64,000 nt of DNA from Raja brachyura (lineage: Eukaryota): positions 61,752,001 through 61,816,000 of the forward strand of contig OY740792.1 of NCBI GenBank assembly GCA_963514005.1. Direction: 5' to 3'. The notes beneath the pieces were generated by a model. It had not been told where the DNA came from, searched no databases, and was given only the letters and a program-made list of their open reading frames with translations. Shown here piece by piece: positions 25,801 through 35,900 of this stretch; position 1 is the stretch's first letter; each line of letters opens with the position of its first letter. The position numbers and the translations under genes were made by a program.

Positions 25801-28800
25801 TTATTCTCACCTAACAAACAGCTAACAATGACCTGTTTCCTTTATCATCGTAACTTTTTTGCATATCTTTCATTCATTGTTCTATATCTCTCCACAAAAC
25901 CGTCTATATCTCTCGATTCCCTTTCCCGTGACTCAGTCTGAAGAATGGTCTCGACCCGACACCTCACCCATTCCTTCTCTCCAGAGATGCTGCCTGTCCC
26001 GCTGAGTTACTCCAGCATTTTGTGTCTATCTTCGGTTTAAACCAGCATCTGCAGTTCCTTTGTACTCATGCCAATAGACTTGTTCTCAAGTTCCCATCTT
26101 CACTTATTCCTGTTGATGATTTTACTACAGAAAACCTTAACTGAGCTGGATCTGGCCCCTGGATTATTTAGATCCTATCATTTCCTGCAGGGTGATGTCC
26201 ATTACATTGCTGACTGGAGTACCATGCAAACCCATAACATGAAGTGATTTGGGCCAGAATTGGATATAAAACGCCAGCAGTTCTCTGTCCACACTTCCCC
26301 ACAAAATGTCTGCCACGTTGGAATTTCACCAGAAAATCCAGGTCACTTCTTCAGACCCGAACTGTCACCTTTCCATGTCCCCCAGAGATGCTGCTGCCTG
26401 ACCTGCTGAGCACTTTGTGTCTATTATTGTAAACCAACATCTGCAGTTCCTGGTGTCCATGTTAATTTCACCAATGCTTCTGAGACTCATACAGCACTGA
26501 AAAAGGCCCTTCGGCCCAACTTGTCCATGCCGACCAAGATAAGCCATCTACACTAGTCCCACCAGCCCCCGTTTGGCCCTTCCCCCTCTAAACATTTCCC
26601 ATCCATGCCCCTGTCTAAATGTCTTTTAAATGTTGTTATGGTACCTGCCTCAACTACCTCCTCTGGCAGCTCGTTCCACGTACCCACCATCCTGTGTGTG
26701 AAAAAGCTGCCCCTCAGGTTCCTATTAAATCGTTCCCCTCTCACCATAAACCCAGGTCCTTGTGTTCTTGAGTCCGCTACTCTGGGTAAAACACTCTGTG
26801 CATTCACCCCATCTATTCCCCTCATGATTTTTTTACACCTCCATAAGATCACCCCTCAGCCACCTGTGCTCCAGGGAATAAAGTCCTAGCCTGCGCAACC
26901 TCTCCCTGTAGCTCAGGCCCCCGGGTCCTGGCAGGGGGTATAAATGATTGTGAAGGTGTCGGACATTTCAATACACCATATAATGTGTGGATACAAGTGA
27001 TGGATTTCCCTTGCTTTGGGATACAGGCTAGCTGCATCACTTCCTGTGTGTTAAACAATCACTGCCTTTGTTCTATGTACATGCACCAGCACCCAAAGTG
27101 GTCCCAGTCCCTTCCACAGCTCAGGAAAACAAAGAGATTCTATTTCATTCCAAGTATTGGAACCGAGGAACTGCAGATGCTGGTTAAAACACAAAAGGAC
27201 ACAAAGCGCTGGAATAACTCAGCCTCTCTGGAGAACAGAATCTAAAGAATATTCCCTCTCCAAAACGTGACCTATCCCTGTTCTCCACAGATGCTGCCTA
27301 ACCCGCTGAGTTACTCGACCACTTTGTGTCCTTGTGAGATCGCACGTCAAAGAGTTTACTGTGTTTCGTGTAAAACATTACATGTTTTTGTTTTATTTTT
27401 TTAGGCACATTGAAAGCAAATGAGACTCATCCTGCTGCCATTCCTTGCCAATATCCCCCTAGCAATGATCAAGATTTGACAATTAAATGGAGTTTTAGGA
27501 ACTCAGAAACCTCTTCCTTGGCAGTACTATGTGAATCAACGCCCCAGCAGGCCGGTGATTCAGGTTGTAAGGAGCGAGTGAAAGTGATAAACAGCCGGAA
27601 CTCTTCCACACTTCAACTGGACCATGCAAGGGAGGATGATGCTGGAGAATATATCTGTGAAATCAGGACCGGAGATGTGTTGCAAATATTCACCTACGTA
27701 CTACAAATAGGTAGGCCGTCGCACGCCTGTGTGCTTCATTCTCAACATTTCACGGAGCGCCGAACCTTTAGTTGAACTAAATGTAACGATATGATCAAAC
27801 GTGAGAAATAAAGGTAGCAGTGATAGAGCTGCTGCCTCACAACGCCATAGACCCAGGTTCGATTCTGATCTCGGGTGCTGCCTGTACAGTCTGTACATTC
27901 TCCTGTGTGGGATTTCTCCGGTTTCCTCCCCCATCCCACAGACGTGCAGGTTTGTAGGTTAATCGGCTTCTGTAAGTCATCCCTAGTGTGTAGCATAGTG
28001 TTAGTGTGTGGGTGGTCAACATGGTTTCGATGGGCCGAAGGGCCTGTTTTCCGGCCCTATCTCAAATTAAACTACAGAGGGTAGAAGTTGGTCCTGAGCA
28101 GTAGTGCTAGTGGGTGGTTGAATCTTTGCTGTTCATCCTCCAGAACAGAAGTGTTTCTGTGACAGTACACATTGGTCTACCAAACCAGCCCCTGGGAACA
28201 GTTAAAAGCCAGATATTCACATTCTTAGCATTTGAATTTGTAACAGTGTTGATATTATAATTTTTAGTTCTTCATTTTTATGGACACAGGACGGGTTTAG
28301 AGCGATATGGGGCAAAAGTGGGCAAATGGGACGAGCTTAGATGGGGCATCATGGTCAGCACGGACGAGTTGGGCCGAAGGGCCTGCGTCAGTGTTGTAGG
28401 ACTAAATTAGAAATGAATGGTTCACAAAATAAAAACAGATGAGGAGATTATACTGATGGAAAAAAAATTGTTGACAAATGTAGCTCAATTTTTAATTGAT
28501 ACTAGACCAAGTGTCACACGGGAGGCCTGGTCCCCCATGAGTAGAACTCAATGTACTTGGATAGCAACAATGTTGCGAGCACAGCTAAGCACATGGAAAA
28601 AAGTTTTTAAAAAAATTTCAGCACATTTGTGAACATTTTCATAAATAACTCGGGAAATAATGCATCAAATTTTCAGATGAGGTGATTTTTGACATTATGG
28701 CGGAAATCTCCATCGGAATATGTAAAAATTTCACTGTTAGCGCGTCGTGTTTTCCAGGAGATACACACACACACACACACGCAAATACACAAACATCCAA

Positions 28801-31049
28801 GATCAGAGTTTTTCATAAGTATACAAGACCAATGGGGACCCAACGGTCCCGTCCACTCAACGCGCAGTTGCAGGAGGAAGGGGCAACCTGCGGCGTCACA
28901 CACACACTAAACACCCCCCCCCACACACACACACTAACCACACCCCTTGATATTATATTAATATTATTAATTGGCTCCTTTTACCCCATCCCCGCCCTAT
29001 CCACTGACGCAAAGCCCCCACCTCACAGGTGCATCTAGAGAGGGAGGAGGCGGGGTAAAGAGAGGGGCAGGGACAGAGAGAGAGAGGGAGAGGGGGGTTG
29101 GAGGGAGGGGGGAGAGGGGGTGTGGGGGGAATGTAGGAGGGGAGAGGGGACAAGGGGGAGCAGTGGGGAGGGAGGTGGAGAGGGAGAGAAAGGGGGGAGA
29201 GGGAAGGGGAGAGAAAGGGGGAGAGGGAGGGGGGAGAGAGAGGTGGTGGGGAGAGGAGGGGGAGGGGAGAGGAGGAGGGAGAGAGAGAGGGCAGACTTGA
29301 ACTCGGCAAGTGGGTGGCACGGACACTGAGTGGGCGGGGCCGGCTGCGAGCGAGAGGCTGGCCTCGGGAGCGCTCAGGACCTCAGAAGCCCAACAAATTA
29401 CTGCGTATTCAGGGGCTTCAATCCAGAGCCCGGGCGGGGGAGGTCGGCAGGCTACGCATTGAAAACAGTGCGCAGCGAGCCGCGAGGAGCAGAGCCATTG
29501 TGACGTCATCAACTCATTAAATTTTAAAAATATTTCAGATTTGTGAACAATTTTAATAAATTACTCAAGAAATAAAAACATCAAATTTTTAGATGAGGCA
29601 ATTTTTGACATCATGGCATAAATCTCTATTCGAATATGTAAACATTTCACCATTAGCACGTCGTGTTTTCGAGATGAGAATCGCAGACGGGCATCACACA
29701 CACATCCACCCCCACTCCCAAACCATTCTGGCTCCTGATCTACTATTGCTCTTAATCCACCATAACTCCTGATCCATCCCAGATCCACTCTCACTTCTTG
29801 TGTAGGGAAGAACTTCTCCTTGCATATGGCGTGCACAGCCTAAAGTTGTAGGACAACTTGCTCTATTTGATTGTGCACGCCGGGTTGAAACAGGGCGGAC
29901 CATGTGAAGGTTGCAACCTTCCACCCCAGGAAAGAATTGCAGATGCTGGTTTAAATCAAAGGTGGACAAAAAATGCTGGAGTAACTCAGCGGGACAGGCT
30001 GCATCTCTGGAGAGAAGGAATGGGTGACGTTTCGGGTTGAAACCCTTCTGAAGTCTGAATTCCTTCGCTCCAGACATGCGGCCTGTCCCGCTGAGTTACT
30101 GCAGCATTTTGTGGCCCCCCTCACTCCTGATCCATCCAAGCTCCTGAACCGCTCCCGATCCCTTGCTCCTCATCCACTCTGGCTCAACCATATCACCCCC
30201 TATCCCTTCCCACCTCTGCATTTCCCTTCCAGGAGTGGGATGTGAAGGGTCCAGGTGAGATTGACACTTATTGCTGGTGGCAACCATACTGGCTAGACCG
30301 GCCCTTTGCACCCACTTCCTTATTCTCCCACAGATCTCCCCCTGGTTAGTGAAGATTCACTTCAGCGATCTTCAATGCAAAGGTGATCCACTTTAATTAT
30401 TTAGTTTAATTATCACAATAAAGCTTTCCTTTATTAGTAAACTTAATAAAGCTTTCCTTTATTCCCATTAAGACAAGGGAGAACATTTGGAGACTGTCTT
30501 TCAAATGGAGATCTATAAAAACTAACATCAGTTTGCAGTCTTTTTCACTGGGTGAATGGACGGTATTAAATAAACAAATTATTATAAATGGTAATGAAAA
30601 CATCTTGTGTTCTTCCATCAGGCGATAATGGCCTTACATTTAATAACGTTGTCAGCTTATATTTTTGTAATTCAAAACCATTTATTGAGGAACAACTAAC
30701 CAACTTCTGTGTAGTTTAAAAAATAATAATAATTGAAAAGATGGAACACAAACTGCCCAAGTTATGTTTTGAGGCAACGCCCAGTCATTTAAGTAGTTTT
30801 GTTGCATTTATTCTTGATTTTTTGATTTTAAAAGAAAAATTAAATTCTCTACTATTGTTGGATCTTTTTATGTAAATTCTTTGATCTGTGCTAAGAATGT
30901 CTTTTGTTCAAATTTCAGACCCGGCATTTGAGGCACAAAGACACAACCACATGCATCATGGACTTTTTGCTGCCTTGCCAATGGTGGCAGTTTTGCTGAT
31001 CATCTGTATTTCATTAACAATCTGGTGTAAAAATTCTCAGAGGCATTAG
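16805..31049 (+). CDS. HHLA2: HHLA2 / B7-H7-like B7-family membrane protein, 5 coding exons: join(16805..16862,19955..20281,24700..24984,27405..27710,30919..31049), 368 aa (382 aa if acceptor 24658 is used)
   Basis: All introns are GT-AG phase 1 and the spliced frame is open. Domain order is leader-IgV-IgC-IgV-TM, the V-C-V order typical of HHLA2. Motifs HSFYRGEDQLGNQEPRYKGRT..GNASL and YECTIRNERLQKSWTASWKMQ resemble human HHLA2 as recalled. The neighbouring CIP2A fits human 3q13 synteny. Confidence 0.88.
17034..17334. mobile_element. PIF/Harbinger-type MITE
   Basis: TIRs GGCCCTGTCCCAC / GTGGGACAAGGCC; TAA at 17031-17033 and 17335-17337. Confidence 0.75.
18260..19295 (+). mobile_element. Non-autonomous TIR DNA transposon (TAG...CTA termini, 7-bp TSD; possibly hAT-related)
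   Basis: TAGGTATGTTACAAAA ... TTTTGTAACATTGCTA; CTCTATG on both flanks; second copy at 59255-62955. Confidence 0.8.
19955..20281 (+). CDS. HHLA2: HHLA2-like IgV domain 1 exon
   Basis: Acceptor TTGCTTGCAG|, donor G|GTCAGA, 327 nt, phase 1/1. Contains VVLPC, LHW, GNASLHL and DERLYRCYV. An in-frame alternative acceptor at 19898 is possible. Confidence 0.92.
20319..20938. mobile_element. PIF/Harbinger-type MITE, 37 nt downstream of the IgV1 exon
   Basis: TIR GCCTGTCCCACTTGGCCGTCA / TGACGGCCAAGTGGGACAGGC; TTA flanks. Confidence 0.75.
21565..22075 (+). mobile_element. Young CR1 3' fragment inserted into a SINE
   Basis: Nearly identical to 35312-35815; (TATATGGT)n tail. Confidence 0.88.
22625..24380 (+). 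mobile_element. Penelope-like retroelement (RT plus GIY-YIG), degenerate, interrupted by an antisense CR1 3' fragment at about 23961-24303
   Basis: FYLLPKIHK..PGRPIV, GVAM.T.MGPSYA, YKPTDSHNYL and FTCTSSNLIYCIRC..C..LYIGETKR. Confidence 0.88.
24700..24984 (+). CDS. HHLA2: HHLA2-like IgC domain exon
   Basis: Acceptor TGCTTCCTTCCAG|, donor G|GTAACG. Contains NITCGVTGAYPQPLITW, GLYNVESIL and YECTIRN, the B7 C-type motifs. An in-frame alternative acceptor lies at 24658. Confidence 0.88.
25150..26065 (+). mobile_element. Penelope-like 3' fragment with tandem terminal repeats carrying hammerhead-like motifs
   Basis: GIY-YIG peptide followed by two CTGAAGA..GGTCTC.ACCCGA units (25596 and 25938). 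Confidence 0.82.
27405..27710 (+). CDS. HHLA2: HHLA2-like IgV domain 2 exon
   Basis: Long T-tract plus AG acceptor, donor G|GTAGGC, 306 nt, phase 1/1. Contains IPC, IKW, STLQL and DAGEYICEI. Confidence 0.9.
28502..29710 (-). mobile_element. Two tandem Helitron-like non-autonomous units
   Basis: - strand ends TTGGTCTAG|T (28502) and ATTGGTCTTG (about 28822) with hairpin GGGACC-CAAC-GGTCCC; shared ~150-bp segment at about 28610-28760 and 29525-29675; GA-rich core. Confidence 0.5.
30919..31049 (+). CDS. HHLA2: HHLA2-like stalk/TM/short tail exon (D)PAFEAQRHNHMHHGLFAALPMVAVLLIICISLTIWCKNSQRH*
   Basis: Acceptor TTTTGTTCAAATTTCAG|, phase 1. Hydrophobic segment of about 22 aa, then TAG at 31047-31049. 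Confidence 0.85.
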
Positions 31050-31932
31050 CTCAGACCGTTTGCAACAGAAGGGTTCACGCAGTTACAATCATAACATTAC
31101 CAAGCCTGGAACAAATATGGTGTGGACAGTGTCTTTCCATTTATATTTGAGCTGGAGTCAAGTACCGGGTTTTATCTCCTACATGTGCTTCTGAACTCCA
31201 TTTCCAGCGACAAGGATTATTTCAACCCGAGTAACTTCCTGATCCACTGGAACAGTGCCATCATGCTAAATGACCATCTATCTGAATCACCGAGCAGTTC
31301 CATCAGTTACCCAGACTGAGATAAGTAGTCACATTTGGGGAGGATCTCACTTCACAACAGATTTCGGACTCCAGGATTGGATGAGCTACTTGACCGGTAC
31401 TGATTTTGAAGTGCAGCTGCCCAGACTTGGTCTTAATCGACAAGAAACAAGCGGGAGAGTCCAGGACCAGAGGGCACAGCCTCAGAGCAAAAGGACGTAT
31501 CTTTAGAATGGAGATGAGGAGGAATTTTCTTTGCCAGAGGACGGCAAATCTGTAGAATTCGTTGCCACAGACAGTGGTGGAGTCCGTCGATGGATATTTT
31601 TAAAGCAGAGATTGTCTGCTTTCTTGCTTAATGGTACTTAATTTGTCACTTTATTTGTCCACCATATGTTAAATTTCATCAGTATCTAAATAGTTGAATT
31701 GGGAGCACCCTTCCCAGTTAATGACCCCATCTTTAGGCAGGGAGGGCTCTCTGGCCAATGTTTTAAAAGTCATGCCAACAGGAGGAATGAACAATCCATT
31801 CGCAGTTTATTAATAGTAATTTTACAAAATGTTTAAAACATTGATATTTTATGCAAGAAAAAAATATTTGTCGACTTACATATTGTATAAACTATAGTTG
31901 CACTATTTTAAAACATATTCATATTTAAAAGG

Positions 31933-31938
31933 TTTATT
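31933..31938 (-). terminator. Candidate canonical polyadenylation signal of CIP2A (others at 31806-31811 and 31650-31655; ATTAAA variants at 32657 and 32695)
   Basis: First AATAAA on the - strand downstream of the CIP2A stop. Confidence 0.4.
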
Positions 31939-32007
31939 TTGTCAACAGGATGAAAGAAAGATGTACACTGAATGTTTGGATGTGCCTGCTAACCAGAATT
32001 GAGTACG

Positions 32008-32013
32008 AATAAA
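32008..32013 (+). terminator. Candidate polyadenylation signal of the HHLA2-like gene (a second one at 32280-32285)
   Basis: First AATAAA on the + strand after the stop at 31049. Confidence 0.5.
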
Positions 32014-32802
32014 ACAAGCACCCGATTCAAAATAGTGTCGAAACTCTTTACTATTGTAAAAATGAGTCAAATTAGTGAGAGGTTCACATGGTCATTTTTT
32101 ACAATGTAATTAGTTGAATACATTGTTTAGCTTAAATTTTAAATCAGTGGACTGGTTCTTGCTTTGCAAGCTGTCAGATATCGTTATAAGAAGTTTGAAA
32201 AATAACTTCTAACTAATTTCTTTGCGCACGAGCCGATGAACGTCACGATTAAGATGAATTTACTCATCTTAAATACTGCAATAAAATCAAATGTAGAATT
32301 GATTATAGGAAAATTGTAACTGGGTTTGGAGATTAGAATCCAGGGCCGGATTTAAAGGTCGACCTATAACAAGTATTAATATATCGGTAAAATTCCACTA
32401 CTCTATCACCAGGTACAGACTTGTTCAAGTTTGAAAGAACTATTGTACATATCTAAAGGACACCTCCTCGATATATTCACGCGACTGAAATGTTTGGTTA
32501 TTTGCAGTATTTTACGATATCACGATGTGATCAAGCCTAAATGTGACTTCAGCCTGCAAAGCCAGTATTTGTGCATGTATTAAGGGCCCAGAGCAGTGTA
32601 ATTCAAGCAACATCAAATACTTGCTTGCAAAGCCAGCACTTTAAATGCTGCTCATATTTAATGGCTTAAAATTGAGTTTAAAATAATTGGTACCTTTAAT
32701 CCCACAGTATGAACATGTAATCTTCCAGCTCCTGGGACTTAAAGGTAACAGTTGATCTCAGCTCCATTTCTGTTCACATTCAAATGCCAGAAAGCAGCAA
32801 GG

Positions 32803-32973
32803 CTACAGACTGAGATTGACAGTGTTTGACGGTAATTTACTGCTACTGAGGCTATGAATCATTGCTATCATCTGGGAATGCTTGCTGAGCTCCTCCTGCT
32901 GTGCTTGCACCAAGGCTTCCTGTTGTTGTAACCGGGCCTCCAGCTGCGATTTCTGTACTTCGAAGGATGACAA
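32803..32973 (-). CDS. CIP2A: CIP2A terminal coding exon [15 protein letters not shown]...[25 protein letters not shown]
   Basis: AG acceptor, 171 nt to TAG; C-terminus matches CIP2A. Confidence 0.95.
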   Translation of the reverse strand: MSSFEVQKSQLEARLQQQEALVQAQQEELSKHSQMIAMIHSLSSSKLPSNTVNLSL

Positions 32974-35900
32974 CTATGAACAGATAAAGTACATACATGA
33001 GGCAGAATAAAATCACATGAATACGTTCACCCAAAGCTACATTTCGTTCTACTTTGGTTGCAATGAGAAACCTGTACACAAATTATTTTTTTAATTAGTT
33101 CTGCCCAATCATTTACATATCACTGAACATACATTCTATCATCAACCAAAGAATGTTTGTCATTGTTAAACTAACCTAGAGCAGTTTAATTAATACCAGT
33201 TCAAAAATGATTTTTAATCATAACAAAATATTTCAGTATTCACCCATAATTTGATTTTAAGTAAAAAGTGATAGAAAATTTTAAAGAAGTATTTAACTAA
33301 TTCCATTATGGATGTAAATCAGTTTTTATTATTGCATTTTTATGACTGAATATTTAAAAGAACATTTGAAACCTATTGGCAAAAAAATTAAGTGCTTCCT
33401 CGACATCTACAAGAAGTAAGCAGATTAACTTGGGTCCAGTGCTGTCTACATATCGGGAGGTTTATGTAAAAGTTCATAGTAATTCTATTCATACTGACCA
33501 CAATTTCCACTTGAAATTTTGTGGACTTTGGGCACTTTGTTAATTTTGGGTGATCTGTATTGAAAATGCCACTATACCAATTTTATTAGGCATATTATGG
33601 AGAGAGTCAGAACTGGACCTAGGGTTGAGATTTTTGATTGGAGAAAGGCTAACTTTGAGGGAATGCGTAATGATTTAAAAGGAGTGAATTGGGACACTTT
33701 GTTTTATGGGAAGGATGTAGAAGAGAAATGGAGGACATTTAAAGGGGAAATTGTAAGAGTACAGAATCTTTATGTTCCTGTTCGGTTGAAAGGAAATAGT
33801 AAAAATTGGAAAGAGCCATGGTTTTCAAGGGAAATTGGACACTTGGTTCGAAAAAAGAGAGATATCTACAATATTTATAGGAGGCATGGAGTAAATGAGG
33901 TGCTAGATGAGTATAAAGAATGTAAAAAGAATCTTAAGAAAGAAATAAGAAAAGCTAAAAGAAGATATGAGGTTGCTTTGGCAAGAAAGGTGAAAGTAAA
34001 TCCAAAGGGTTTCTACAGCTATATTAATAGCAAAAGGATAACGAGGGATAACATTGGACCATTAGAAGGCCGGAATGGACAGCTATCTGCAGAGCCAAAA
34101 GAGATGGGGGAGATATTGAACAATTTATTTTCTTCAGTATTCACCAAGGAGAAGGATATTGAACTCTGTGAGGCAAGGGAAAAAAGTAGAGTAGTTATGG
34201 AAACTATGAGATTCAAAGAGGAGGAAGCACTGACACTTTTGAAAAATATAAAAGTGGATAAGTCTCCAGGTCCTGACAGGATATTCCCTAGGACATTGAG
34301 GGAAGTTAGTGTAGAAATAGCAGGGGCTATGACAGAAATATTTCAAAAGTCATTAGAAACGGGAATAGTGCCGGAGGATTGGCGTACTGCGCATGTTGTT
34401 CCATTGTTTAAAAAGGGTTCAAAGAATAAACCTAGCAATTATAGACCTGTTAGTTTGACGTCAGTGGCGGGCAAATTAATGGAAAGGATACTTAGAGATA
34501 ATATATATAAGCATCTGGATAAACAGGGTCTGATCAAGAACAGTCAACATGGATTTGTGCCTGGAAGGTCATGTTTGACAAACCTTCTTGAATTTTTTGA
34601 AGAGGTTACTAGGGAAATTGATGAGGGTAAAGCAGTGGATGTTGTCTATATGGATTTCAGTAAGGCCTTTGACAAGGTTGGTTAAGAAGGTTCAATCTTT
34701 GGGTGTTAATGGCGGAGTAGCAAGATGGATTCAACTGGCTGAATGGGAGATGCCAGAGAGTAATGGTGGATGGCTGTTTGTCAGGTTGGAAGCCGGTGAC
34801 TAGTGGGGTGCCTCAGGGATCTGTGTTGGGGCCACTGTTGTTTGTCATGTACATCAATGATCTAGATGATGGGGTGGAAAATTGGATAAGTAAGTATGCA
34901 GATGATACTAAGATAGGTGGTGCTGCAGATAATGAAGTAGATTTTCAAAGTCTACAGAGAGATTTGGGCCATTTGGAAGAGTGGGCTGAAAGATGGCAGA
35001 TGGAGTTTAATGCTGATAAGTGTGAGGTGCTACATCTTGGCAGGACAAATCAAAATAGGACGTACAGGGTAAATGGTAGGGAATTGAGGAATGCTGTGGA
35101 ACAGAGGGATCTAGGAATAACTGTGCATAGTTCCCTGAAGGTGGAATCGCATGTAGATAGGGTGGTAAAGAAAGTTTTTGGTGTGCTGGCCTTTATAAAT
35201 CAGAGCATTGAATATAGGAGTAGGGAAGTAATGTTAAAATTGTACAAGGCATTGGTGAGACCAGTTCTGGAGTATGGTGTACAATTTTGGTCGCCCGATT
35301 ATAGGAAGGATGTCAACAAAATAGAGAGAGTACAGAGGAGATTTACTAGAATGTTGCCTGGGTTCCAGCAACTAAGTTACAGAGAAAGGTTGAACAAGTT
35401 AGGTCTTTATTCTTTGGAGCGCAGAAGGTTAAGGGGGGACTTGATTGAGGTCTTTAAAATGATGAAAGGGATAGACAGAGTTGACGTGGATAAGCTTTTC
35501 CCATTGAGGGTGGGGAAGATTCAAACAAGAGGGCATGACTTGAGAATTAAGGGACAGAAGTTTAGGGGTAACATGAGGGGGAACTTCTTTACTCAGAGAG
35601 TGGTGGCTATGTGGAATGATCTTCCATTAGAAGTGGTGGAGGCAGGATCCATTTTAACATTTAAAAGTAAAGTGGAAAGGTATATGGATGGGAAGGGAAT
35701 GGAGGGGTATGGTCTGAGTGCAGGTAGATGGGACTAGGGGAAAATAAATGGTCGGCACGGACTGGAAGGGCCGAGAAGGCCTGTTTCCGTGCTGTAATTG
35801 TTATATGGTTATATTTTCGAAGCCAAATTTGTTGTACATTCCCGAATGTCACAACTAAATACATATATATATATATATCAACAAATATGAATTATAAATA

